Of a DNA stretch of 49,060 nt, positions 18,952-27,856 are shown piece by piece. Position 1 is the first letter of the stretch. Each line of letters begins with the position of its first letter. This DNA is from an uncultured Bauldia sp. (GTDB taxonomy: Bacteria; Pseudomonadota; Alphaproteobacteria; Rhizobiales; Kaistiaceae): the NCBI GenBank assembly GCA_964610725.1, contig CAZSWL010000305.1, forward strand, positions 1-49,060. The letters run 5' to 3'. A program made the position numbers and the translations under genes. The notes under the pieces are model-generated. The model made no database searches and was not told where the DNA came from. It saw only the letters and a list, made by a program, of their open reading frames with translations.

Positions 18952-20058
18952 ATGGCGACGGTAGAGCTCCGTCATGTGTCGAAGCGTTTCGGCACGTTCA
19001 CCGCGGTGCAGAATTTCTCACTTAGCACCAGTGACGGTGAATTCGTCGTGCTTGTCGGACCTTCCGGCTGTGGCAAGACCTCGACACTGCGCATGATTGC
19101 CGGTCTCGAAACGGTCACAGAGGGCCAGGTCCTCTTTGACGGTAAAGATGTCACCGACCAGTTGCCGCATCACCGCGACGTGGCGATGGTGTTCCAGAAC
19201 TACGCCCTTTTCCCGCATCTCAACGTTTATTCCAACATCGCCTTCGGCATGCGGTTACGCAAAGTCGACCGCGCCGAAATCGATGCTCGCGTGCGGCGGG
19301 CGGCGCAGACACTGGGCATCGAAGACATGCTCGATCGCCGCCCGCGGGAACTTTCCGGCGGGCAGCGGCAACGTGTCGCGCTCGGCCGCGTCATCGTGCG
19401 CGAGCCGCGCGTGTTCCTGATGGACGAGCCGCTGTCCAATCTCGATGCAGCTCTGCGCATGGATATGCGTGCCGAACTCATCAAGCTGCAGGCTCGCCTG
19501 GACGTGACCACCTTCTACGTGACCCATGACCAGGTGGAGGCCTTGAGCATGGGCGACCGCATCGTGGTCATGTTGCAGGGCAAGATCCAGCAAGTGGGAA
19601 CGCCGACCGAACTCTACGAGCGGCCTGGGAATGCGTATGTCGCTGGTTTCATTGGCAGCCCGCCGATGAACTTCCTCAACGGCGAGGTGAACGGCGAGAC
19701 GCTCGAGCTGCCGGGAGAGAAGGCGTCGCTGAAGCTGGCGCAACCTGATCGCGCCGCTGCCGCCAAGGCCAGCGACTCCAAAGTGATCCTGGGCATACGC
19801 CCCGAACACCTCGGGCTTGCTGAGAAGCCAGCCGAGGACGGCACGTACAGCCTGCAAGGCAAGGTCGACACGATCGAGCCACTGGGGCACACGACGCTCG
19901 TGCGCGTCCAACTGCCCTCAGGGCAGGACTTGAACGTTCTGCTGGCGGAGAAGGTCCATCTTCACATGGGCGACGTCACGTACGCCACGTTCCACCCGGA
20001 GCACATGTACCTGTTTGCGCGCGGCGATGAGCACATCTTGCGCGGGATTGCCGGCTGA
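18952..20058 (+). CDS. CUT1 ABC ATP-binding protein (MalK/UgpC-like)
   Basis: 368 aa. GPSGCGKTSTLRMIAGLE, LSGGQRQRVALGR, FLMDEPLSNLD, plus a C-terminal regulatory/TOBE-like domain. Divergent from the CUT1 permease operon. Confidence 0.9.
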   Translation: MATVELRHVSKRFGTFTAVQNFSLSTSDGEFVVLVGPSGCGKTSTLRMIAGLETVTEGQVLFDGKDVTDQLPHHRDVAMVFQNYALFPHLNVYSNIAFGMRLRKVDRAEIDARVRRAAQTLGIEDMLDRRPRELSGGQRQRVALGRVIVREPRVFLMDEPLSNLDAALRMDMRAELIKLQARLDVTTFYVTHDQVEALSMGDRIVVMLQGKIQQVGTPTELYERPGNAYVAGFIGSPPMNFLNGEVNGETLELPGEKASLKLAQPDRAAAAKASDSKVILGIRPEHLGLAEKPAEDGTYSLQGKVDTIEPLGHTTLVRVQLPSGQDLNVLLAEKVHLHMGDVTYATFHPEHMYLFARGDEHILRGIAG

Positions 20059-20302
20059 GCGATCGCGGCTTGTTGCCCATCCTGCCCGTCCGCCGGGGAA
20101 CCGGATTCCGACCTTGTACGGGTCTATCGAAGCGTGCGACGATTGAGTTCTGATGGGCCTCAATCCACGTTGCGGCCGGTCAATTGGGAGGTGTCGCAGA
20201 TCGCCGGCCTGTCGGCCAGGTCTCTGTGATCCAGCGGGGTCGGCAGCCCACCGCCGGCACCCGCATCAAGGAGTATCAAGGTCGGGCGACAAGGAGGAAA
20301 AA

Positions 20303-21283
20303 ATGGAACGCAGGAGCTTTCTTACTCTTGTAGGTGCAACGGCAGGGGCTGCGGCACTCGGCCGTCCGGCCCTCGCACAAGACAAGAAATTCAACATCAC
20401 CCTGGTCCCGGGGCTGACCACCGACGCCTTCTACATCACCATGCATCGCGGCGCTAATGCCGCGGCCAAGGCGCTGGGCGTCAACCTCGGCTTCCAGGGG
20501 GCCGCCACCTGGAACGTGACCGAGCAGGTGCCGGTGCTGCAGGCGGTCATCGCCAAAAAGCCCGACGCTATCCTGATTGCGCCGACGGACAAGGTTCAGC
20601 TGATCGCGCCACTGAAGCAGGCCTACGACGCCGGCATTGCGGTCTTCACGGTCGACACCTTCATCGGCACCGGCGTCTATCAGACGGGATCGGGCGACGC
20701 CGACTTCCCGATCTCGTATATCGCCTCCGACAACGTTCTCGGCGGCCGCACCGCCGCCCGCGCCCTCGCCAAAGCGATCGGCGAGAAGGGCAAAGTCTAT
20801 GTCTCGAACGTGAAGCCGGGCGTTTCCACCACTGACCAGCGCGAGCAAGGCTTCAAGGAGGAGATGAAGAACTACTCGGGCATCCAGGTGCTCGATACGC
20901 AGTTCAACGACGACGACGCCAACAAGGCGGCGGCCCAGGCGCAAGCCGTAATCGGACGCGTCCCGGACCTCGCCGGTATCTTTGGCGCCAATTTGTTTTC
21001 GGCAATCGGCGCGGCCAACGGCGTCAAGCAGGCCGGCAAAAAGGGCGACGTCAAGGTAGCAGCATTCGACGCGCCGCAGTCGATCGTCGATCAGATCAGG
21101 GACGGCACCTTCGTGATGACCGTCGCCCAGCATCCGGCCGAGATCGGTTATTTCGGCGTGGTTTGCGCCTATGCCCACCTCACCGGCAACTCGGTACCGA
21201 CCGCGATCGGCACGGGCTTTACCGTGATGACCAAGGACAATATCGACGACCCAAAGGTGAAGCGGTTCATTTATACTGGCTGA
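20303..21283 (+). CDS. CUT2 sugar ABC substrate-binding protein with Tat-type signal
   Basis: Start ATG 20303 after AAGGAGGAAAAA. MERRSFLTLVGATAGAAALGRPALAQ signal; PBP type I body (AILIAPTD, AVFTVDT). Confidence 0.85.
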   Translation: MERRSFLTLVGATAGAAALGRPALAQDKKFNITLVPGLTTDAFYITMHRGANAAAKALGVNLGFQGAATWNVTEQVPVLQAVIAKKPDAILIAPTDKVQLIAPLKQAYDAGIAVFTVDTFIGTGVYQTGSGDADFPISYIASDNVLGGRTAARALAKAIGEKGKVYVSNVKPGVSTTDQREQGFKEEMKNYSGIQVLDTQFNDDDANKAAAQAQAVIGRVPDLAGIFGANLFSAIGAANGVKQAGKKGDVKVAAFDAPQSIVDQIRDGTFVMTVAQHPAEIGYFGVVCAYAHLTGNSVPTAIGTGFTVMTKDNIDDPKVKRFIYTG

Positions 21284-21365
21284 ACGCCCGGTACATTGAA
21301 CGATCGCGGATCGGCAGCCGACCGAGGCTGTCGGTCCGCTCGTTCGCATTGTCTATTGGTCGCCG

Positions 21366-22391
21366 ATGACAACCATTTCGACGACTGCTCCCCCGGTTGG
21401 CCGGAGGTTGCTTGCGCGGGTCGCCGACCTGCGTGCATGGCTGTTCTTGATCTTGCTGATCGGATTCTTCGAGATCTGGGCCCGCACGGTCTATGGCTCG
21501 ACCTTCGTCGGCAACTTCTACAACCTTCAATCGATCGGTACATTTGCAACCGCGCCTCTCCTGCTGGCGCTCGGCCAGACCTTCGTCATCATATCGAGCG
21601 GAATCGACCTTTCCGTCGGCTTCACTATGGGGCTCGCCGCGGTGGTCGGCGCCGAAATTGCGAATTTCGCTGCGCCGCATGTGGGCGTTTTCGCGGCCAT
21701 GCTGTGCGGTGTCGCGGCCGGCGTCGCGGTCAGTGTCATTCCCGGTGTGGTCAATGGCTGGCTGATCGCCCATCTCAGGGTACCGCCCTTCATCGGCACG
21801 CTCGGCATGTACGGCGTCGCGCGCGGCGTCGCCTTCCTGCTCGCCACCGGCATGACCGTTCCGGTCTCGAATTCGTGGATGACGTGGCTCGGCAACGGTC
21901 GCGTCCACGGTGTGCCGGTGATCGTCATCCTGACATTGATCGTCGTGCTGGCGATGCAGTACCTGTTATCTGAGACCCGCTTCGGTCAGCACACTTACGC
22001 GATCGGCGGCAACCGCGCCGCAGCCGTCCGTGCCGGGATCAATTGGCAAAGACATACCATCTGGCTGTACATCTTGGCTGCTGTGTGCGCTGGCCTCGCT
22101 GGCGTGCTTTACACTGGCCGCTTCTCGGCCGGCGCCGCCCAGGCGGGCGAACCGCTGCTTCTCGACTCGATCGCGGCAGTGGTGATCGGCGGCGCGAGCC
22201 TGTTCGGCGGGTCTGGCACCATCGCCGGCACCGTCGCGGGTTCGCTCGTGATCGCCGTTATTCAGTACGGTCTTGTCTTCGTCGACGTCGACCCGTTCTG
22301 GCAGTTTGTAGCGGTTGGCGTCGTGATCATCATCTCGGTGCTTGTCGACCAGAGCCAACGCCGGTTTCTGGGAGGCCAGCAGGATGAGTGA
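21366..22391 (+). CDS. CUT2 sugar ABC transporter permease
   Basis: 341 aa, RbsC-like (LALGQTFVIISSGIDLSVG, IGGASLFGGSGTIAGTV). Confidence 0.9.
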   Translation: MTTISTTAPPVGRRLLARVADLRAWLFLILLIGFFEIWARTVYGSTFVGNFYNLQSIGTFATAPLLLALGQTFVIISSGIDLSVGFTMGLAAVVGAEIANFAAPHVGVFAAMLCGVAAGVAVSVIPGVVNGWLIAHLRVPPFIGTLGMYGVARGVAFLLATGMTVPVSNSWMTWLGNGRVHGVPVIVILTLIVVLAMQYLLSETRFGQHTYAIGGNRAAAVRAGINWQRHTIWLYILAAVCAGLAGVLYTGRFSAGAAQAGEPLLLDSIAAVVIGGASLFGGSGTIAGTVAGSLVIAVIQYGLVFVDVDPFWQFVAVGVVIIISVLVDQSQRRFLGGQQDE

Positions 22392-23130
22392 ACCTGGCCA
22401 CCTTCTTTCGGTGCAATCTATCTCGAAGAGCTTCGGCGCCGTCCAGGCTCTGAAGGACGTCTCGTTCGACCTCGACCTCGGAGAGGTGCTCGCGTTAGCG
22501 GGCGACAATGGCGCCGGCAAGTCGGTGTTGATCAAGAGCATCGCAGGCGTCCATCATCCGGACTTCGGCGAGATCATATTCGATGGAAAGAGTGTCTCCT
22601 CGGCCAGCCCGCAGGAGGCGCGGGCGCTCGGCATCGAGACGATCTACCAGGACTTGGCCTTGGCCGATAATCTCTCCATCGGTGCCAACATATTCCTCGG
22701 GCGCGAGCCGAAGACCAAGCTGTTCGGGTTCCTCCCGATTCTCGACAGAAGGGCGATGGCGGACGCTGCGCAGAAAACCATGCGTCTGCTCGATTTCCAC
22801 ACCTAGCGGCTCGATGCACCGGTCGCCGCCTTCTCCGGCGGCCAGCGCCAGGCGGTCGCCATCGGCCGGGCGATTTTCTGGAATGCCAAGCTGCTGATCA
22901 TGGACGAGCCCACCGCCGCGCTCGGGGTCCCGGAACAGCGGCGGGTGCTCAACCTCGTCCATTCGCTCAAGGAACAGGGCAAGGCGGTTATCTTCATTTC
23001 GCACAATCTCCAGGACATTTTCGCCGTCGCCGACCGCATCGTGGTGCTGCGACGCGGTATCGAAGCCGGCGAACGGCGGCCGCAAGAGACCACTCAGGAC
23101 GAGATCATCCGTCTGATGGTCGGTGGCTGA
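22384..23130 (+). pseudogene. CUT2 ABC ATP-binding protein interrupted by an in-frame TAG at 22804-22806
   Basis: Track ORFs 22342-22806 (Walker A GDNGAGKS) and 22900-23130 are in the same frame. Reading through the TAG gives [44 protein letters not shown]. The stop therefore separates Walker A from the signature and Walker B motifs. Confidence 0.8.
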
Positions 23131-23280
23131 CGATTTGAGCCGATGTCGGCATCGACCGGCCACGCCCGCGGCGCGCCGACAAGACGATCAGCCCTTGGCA
23201 GGAGATGAGCTTGCAACCAAACGCCACCGGGCGCGAATATCGCGGACAGGGCTTGTCGGCAGACGAGGGACACAGCCGCA

Positions 23281-24279
23281 ATGAAGAAAATCCTGAATGA
23301 CCCGGCCGACTATGTCGACGAAATGCTCGAGGGCCTCGTCGCCGCTCACGCGGACGTGTACGCCCGCCCCGAAAAAAGGGTGATCACGCGGGCGGGCGGC
23401 GCGGTTGCCGACAAGGTCGGCATCGTCACCGGCGGCGGCTCCGGGCATCTGCCGGTGTTCACCGGCTACGTCGGCAAGGGCTTGCTCGACGCCGCGGCCA
23501 TCGGCTCGGTTTTCGCGTCACCTTCCGCCGAGCAGATGGCCGCCGCGATGCGGCACGCCAATGGCGGGGCCGGCATCCTCCGCCTCTACGGCAACTACGG
23601 CGGCGACGTCATGAATTTCGACATGGCCGGCGAGACGGTCGACATGGAAGATGGCATCCGCTCGACCACGGTCCTGCTCGCCGACGACATCGCCTCGGCG
23701 CCGCCGGCGGAGGCCGAAAACCGTCGCGGGGTCGCTGGCATGGTCTACGCCTTCAAGATCGCCGGGGCACTGGCCGAAGAGATGGTCGACCTCGATGCGG
23801 TCACCGCAGTGGCGCAGAAGACCGCCGACTCCTGCCGCTCAATCGGCATGGCGCTCACCCCCTGTACGGTGCCGGAGGCGGGCAAGCCGACCTTCGAGAT
23901 CGCCGACGACGAGATCGAAATGGGCATGGGGATTCATGGAGAACCTGGCATCTGGCGCGACAAGCTGAAGCCCGCCGACGAGCTGACCGACGAGATGGTC
24001 GATCGCATTTTTGCCGACCTTGAACCGTCGAAGGGCGACCGCTGGTCCGTTTTGGTCAATTCGCTCGGTGCTACTCCGCCTGAGGAGCTCTACATCATGT
24101 ACCGGCACGTGGCCCGCCGCCTTGCCGATCGCGGCGTGACCATCGTGATGCCGCTGGTCGGACGCTACGCCACATCGATGGAAATGGCGGGAGCGTCGAT
24201 TACGGTGTGCCGGCTCGACGGCGAGATGGAACGGCTGCTGAAGGCGCCATGCCACTGCGCCTTCTGGACGGTGGTGTGA
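23281..24279 (+). CDS. dhaK: Dihydroxyacetone kinase, substrate-binding subunit DhaK
   Basis: 332 aa. MKKILNDPADYVDEMLEGL, VGIVTGGGSGHLPVFTGYVG, LYGNYGGDVMNFDMA. Confidence 0.9.
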   Translation: MKKILNDPADYVDEMLEGLVAAHADVYARPEKRVITRAGGAVADKVGIVTGGGSGHLPVFTGYVGKGLLDAAAIGSVFASPSAEQMAAAMRHANGGAGILRLYGNYGGDVMNFDMAGETVDMEDGIRSTTVLLADDIASAPPAEAENRRGVAGMVYAFKIAGALAEEMVDLDAVTAVAQKTADSCRSIGMALTPCTVPEAGKPTFEIADDEIEMGMGIHGEPGIWRDKLKPADELTDEMVDRIFADLEPSKGDRWSVLVNSLGATPPEELYIMYRHVARRLADRGVTIVMPLVGRYATSMEMAGASITVCRLDGEMERLLKAPCHCAFWTVV

Positions 24280-24289
24280 GGTCCGCCGC

Positions 24290-24895
24290 GTGGGCTTGAC
24301 GACCACCGATCTGAAAGATGCCGCCGTCGCCGTGGGCGAAGCGGCCGTCGCCGCACGTGAGGAGCTCAACGTTCAGGACGGCAGACTGGGGGACGGCGAC
24401 CTCGGCATAACCGTGGCCAATGGCTTCTCCGCGATCGTCAAGGACGCGCCCGCTTTTGGCAACGACGTTGGCCAGGCCTTCCTCGGCTGTGCCAAGGCGT
24501 TCCAGCGGGTCTCCTCGTCCTCCTTCGGAACGCTGGTGGCCACCGCCTTCATGAGCGCGGCGAAGGCAACCAAGGGCCGCACCGAGGTACCCTGGTCGGA
24601 GATGTCCGCCATCGTCGCCGGCGCGCGCGATGCCATGCTCGCGCGCGGGCGCGGCGAGATCGGGGGCAAGAGCGTGCTCGACAGCCTCGACGCGATCGCC
24701 CGCGCCACCGAGGGACTGACCGATCCGGCTGCGATCCTGGCGGCGGCCGACCGCGCGGCGAGCGAAGTCCTCGACGATTTCCGCGACAAGCCGTGCCGGC
24801 TCGGCCGCGCTCGCATGTTCGGCGACAAGAGCCGCGGTCTCGACGATCCGGGCATGCTGACGGTGCGCCACCTGGTCGATGGGCTGACTCAATGA
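24290..24895 (+). CDS. dhaL: Dihydroxyacetone kinase, nucleotide-binding subunit DhaL
   Basis: 201 aa, GTG start. LGDGDLGITV metal/nucleotide motif, SSSFGTL, GRARMFGDKS. No dhaM-like phosphotransfer gene in the window. Confidence 0.85.
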   Translation: MGLTTTDLKDAAVAVGEAAVAAREELNVQDGRLGDGDLGITVANGFSAIVKDAPAFGNDVGQAFLGCAKAFQRVSSSSFGTLVATAFMSAAKATKGRTEVPWSEMSAIVAGARDAMLARGRGEIGGKSVLDSLDAIARATEGLTDPAAILAAADRAASEVLDDFRDKPCRLGRARMFGDKSRGLDDPGMLTVRHLVDGLTQ

Positions 24896-25051
24896 GCCCC
24901 GATCGGCGGCGATGTGGGGCCGCCAGTGGCGACCGGTGCCGCGAGCGCGGGTCGGATTGACAATGACTTCTGTTTCTGTCCGGTAGAATGGAGGTTGGCA
25001 GGACGGACGCAGTTCCGGTGCGTCCGCGGTGGCAAGGGGAATTGTTTCATC

Positions 25052-26035
25052 GTGAACCAGAAACGGCTTGACGCAAAACTCGCCCGCATCCGCGCCGGAG
25101 ACTACGGCCCGGCCGATTTCATCATCGCCGATGCCAAGGACGCCGATATGGGTTTCGGAGCGATGGCGCCGGGTCCCGATCGCAATCGGCCCGGTCGCTA
25201 CAAATCGAAGGCGCAATATCTTGAGGCGATGCGAGCGATAGTCGAATCGGATCTCGTCGACATCATGCTGATGTCGGCCTCCTCGGCGGAACGTCTGATC
25301 GGCGAGGATCTCTTTGCCGGCAGCCCGGTCACTCCGGCCGTTCGTCTCAACGACACAACCGACATCTGGCATTCGCGCGGCGGCGGTTATCTCGACAAGC
25401 CGGCTCGCCCACATCGCACGCCGGATCTGAAGCGCGTACGGGCGCTGACCGATCTCGGCCTCTACGCGGTGACATTCTCCAACGACATCGAGCGCGATCT
25501 CGACACCTTGCAAGCCTTTGCCGCGTTCCGCCGCGATACCGCCGCGGAGGGGATGCGCTATTTCCTCGAGGTGTTCAACCCTGCCTTCGACATCGGGCTG
25601 AAGGAGGCCGACCTCGGCGCCTTCATCAACGACTCGATCGCGCGCTCGCTGGCCGGGGTGACCTCCGCCGACCGGCCGCTGTTTCTGAAGATGCAGTACA
25701 ACGGCCCGCGGGCGATGGAAGAGCTGGCCAGCTACGAGCCGGACGCTCTCATCGTCGGTATCTTGGGCGGCGCCCGCGGGACGACACGGGACACTTTCGA
25801 GCTCGCCGCCCAGGCGGAAGATCACGGGGCGCGCGTTGCCCTGTTCGGCCGAAAGATCAACCTCGCCGAAGCACCGGTCGAACTGGTCCGCCTGATCCGT
25901 GCGGTGGTGGAGCGGCAGACCGAGCCTGCCGAGGCGGTTCGCATGTATCATGATCACTTGGCCGGCAAACGAATTAAACCCGACCGGCCGCTTGCGGCCG
26001 ATATCGAGATCACCGATCCGGTGCTGAAGCTGTGA
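25052..26035 (+). CDS. Class I aldolase-like TIM-barrel protein (DhnA/FbaB/LacD-like); function unknown
   Basis: I trimmed the track ORF to GTG 25052 (AAGGGGA lies 11 nt upstream). Weak family resemblance by eye: FIIADAKDADMG, LFLKMQYNG (candidate Schiff-base Lys), GARVALFGRKINLAEAP resembling the GxAxGRNxFQxxxP C-terminal motif. Confidence 0.45.
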   Translation: MNQKRLDAKLARIRAGDYGPADFIIADAKDADMGFGAMAPGPDRNRPGRYKSKAQYLEAMRAIVESDLVDIMLMSASSAERLIGEDLFAGSPVTPAVRLNDTTDIWHSRGGGYLDKPARPHRTPDLKRVRALTDLGLYAVTFSNDIERDLDTLQAFAAFRRDTAAEGMRYFLEVFNPAFDIGLKEADLGAFINDSIARSLAGVTSADRPLFLKMQYNGPRAMEELASYEPDALIVGILGGARGTTRDTFELAAQAEDHGARVALFGRKINLAEAPVELVRLIRAVVERQTEPAEAVRMYHDHLAGKRIKPDRPLAADIEITDPVLKL

Positions 26036-26102
26036 GCGGCGCACCACGCCGGTGTCTTTAGCTGACCAGCCCCTCCCGCCCGCACGAGCACAGACCAAGC
26101 GG

Positions 26103-27671
26103 ATGTCAGATCGCTTCGAACCGCCTTTCCTGATCGGCGTAGACATCGGCAGCCGGTCGGTTCGCACGCTCGCATTCGATGTTGCCGGCCATCAGGTCGC
26201 GCAGGCGCGACGGCCAACGCCGCAGCGGCGCCTTCCCGACGATCGCTGCGAATACGACCCGGCCCGACTGTTCTCGGCCGTCGTTGAGTGCCTCAGCGAG
26301 ACGGCTCGAGCACTCGCCGGCCGCGCGGTCGCTGGTATCGCCGTGGCGAGCATCGGCGAAAGCTGCGTGCTTCTCGACGAAGCGGGCCAGCCCGTCGCGC
26401 CATCGATCGCCTGGTTCGATATGCGAACCGAAGAAGAAACCCGCATGCTGCGTGAGACCGTCGGGATCGAGCGATTGTTCGCGATCACCGGCCTGCAGCT
26501 CAATCCAACGTTCACGCTGTGCAAGCTGATGTGGATGAAGGCGAATTGGCCCGATGCGCTGCGACGGACCCGGAGAATTCTGCAGATCGCCGACTGGATC
26601 GCCTTCTGCCTGTCCGGCGTCGCGGCGACCGATTTCACGCTCGCGTCGCGCACGCTGTATCTCGACCTGCAACGACGGCAATGGTCGGATGAGCTGATCG
26701 CACTTACCGGGCTCGATACCTCGCTCTTGGCTCCATTGACGCCGGGCGGCACGCCGCTTGGCGTGGCCAGGCCCGAGGTGCTGGCGGCGACCGGTCTCGC
26801 CGGCAAACCCGTTGTCGCGGTCGGTGCCCACGATCACATCTGCGGGGCGGTGGCTGCGGGGATCGGCACTTCGGGCAACCTGATCAATAGCGTCGGTACG
26901 GCCGAAGTCGTGGTGCTGGCCGCAACACAACCTTCCTTCGACGAGGGGCTAGGCAAGCTCGACCACATGCAGGGCGCGCTTGGGTTCCCTCGCTTGCCCT
27001 TCTACCTGGGTGCCAGCCTGGTCAGTTCCGGGGGGACGATCGAATGGTTCCGCAAGTCGGTCGGCGAGCCGCCGCACGAGACGCTCATCGACGAAGGTCA
27101 GGCGGCCCTGCCGGGGAGCGGGGGCGTGATCTTCCTGCCTGATTTGGTGCAGTCGTCGTTGCCCGATCGCGACCATCCCGTCCGCGGTGCCTTTCTCGGA
27201 CTGACCATCGACGCCGGCCGGGGAGCGCTTTATCGCGCAGTCCTCGAAGGACTTGCGATGCGCGTGGCCATGGATGCCGAAACACTTGCGGGCTTGCTGG
27301 GAATCGGCGCGCCCGGTCAGATTCGGTTGATTGGCGGCGGTTCACGCAACCCGCTGCTTGTCGCCCTGAAGGCAAACGCCTTCGGACGTCCGGTGACGGT
27401 CATCGAGCAACCGGAGACGACGGCCCTCGGCGCCGCGATTCTGGGTGGCATCGGTGCCGGCCTGTGGCCGGACCTCGACGCGGCGCTTGCCGCGATCGAT
27501 CGTCGCGAGCGCGTCGTCGAACCGGACCTTGCGCTTGTGGAACTCTACCGCGAGATGCGACAGGCGGTGTTCCGGAAGCTGCAGCCGGCTATGCGCACGG
27601 TCGACGTGGAGATGGACTGGCTTGCCGCATTGTCGGCCCGGGTTCCAGGCAACGCGACCGTCAAATCCTAG
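26103..27671 (+). CDS. FGGY-family carbohydrate kinase
   Basis: Start ATG 26103 (MSDRFEPPFLIGVDIGSRSVR). WFDMRT, LNPTFTLCKLMWMK, VGAHDHICGAVAAG, IGGGSRNPL. Confidence 0.85.
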   Translation: MSDRFEPPFLIGVDIGSRSVRTLAFDVAGHQVAQARRPTPQRRLPDDRCEYDPARLFSAVVECLSETARALAGRAVAGIAVASIGESCVLLDEAGQPVAPSIAWFDMRTEEETRMLRETVGIERLFAITGLQLNPTFTLCKLMWMKANWPDALRRTRRILQIADWIAFCLSGVAATDFTLASRTLYLDLQRRQWSDELIALTGLDTSLLAPLTPGGTPLGVARPEVLAATGLAGKPVVAVGAHDHICGAVAAGIGTSGNLINSVGTAEVVVLAATQPSFDEGLGKLDHMQGALGFPRLPFYLGASLVSSGGTIEWFRKSVGEPPHETLIDEGQAALPGSGGVIFLPDLVQSSLPDRDHPVRGAFLGLTIDAGRGALYRAVLEGLAMRVAMDAETLAGLLGIGAPGQIRLIGGGSRNPLLVALKANAFGRPVTVIEQPETTALGAAILGGIGAGLWPDLDAALAAIDRRERVVEPDLALVELYREMRQAVFRKLQPAMRTVDVEMDWLAALSARVPGNATVKS

Positions 27672-27856
27672 CCCCCCTCAGCCGTCGTGAAGTCCCACGC
27701 TGCCGGCGCGTGTGGTCGCCGTCCGGCGGTGTTCACGCAGGTAGCTCCGCCCCGGCGCTGGGGTCAGCCTAGTTGCGTTGGGGCATCACAGAAGACCAGC
27801 CGGGTCGGCGGTCGGCGTCAAGCTCAACCAAGGTGCGAACGAAACGTCCCGTCGGG

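Noticed and set aside
22804-22806. The in-frame TAG as programmed recoding (pyrrolysine or read-through).
   Set aside because: No pyl genes or recoding signals are visible, the taxon context is wrong, and the position has no functional rationale. A nonsense mutation or sequencing error is far more likely.
24957-24989. TTGACA ... TAGAAT promoter-like hexamers in the dhaL-to-aldolase-like spacer.
   Set aside because: The hexamers are 21 nt apart, well outside the 16-18 nt window for sigma-70-type promoters. Not called.
24200-26167. 655-aa minus-strand ORF. Similar long ORFs occur at 14141-15820 (+), 39520-41139 (-), 10938-11930 (-), 35978-37600 (+), 37835-39508 (+) and 17044-18333 (+).
   Set aside because: Each lies antisense to, or out of frame with, a gene that has clear family motifs. 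Their translations are Arg/Gly/Ala/Pro-rich with no recognisable domains. They are typical shadow ORFs of high-GC DNA.
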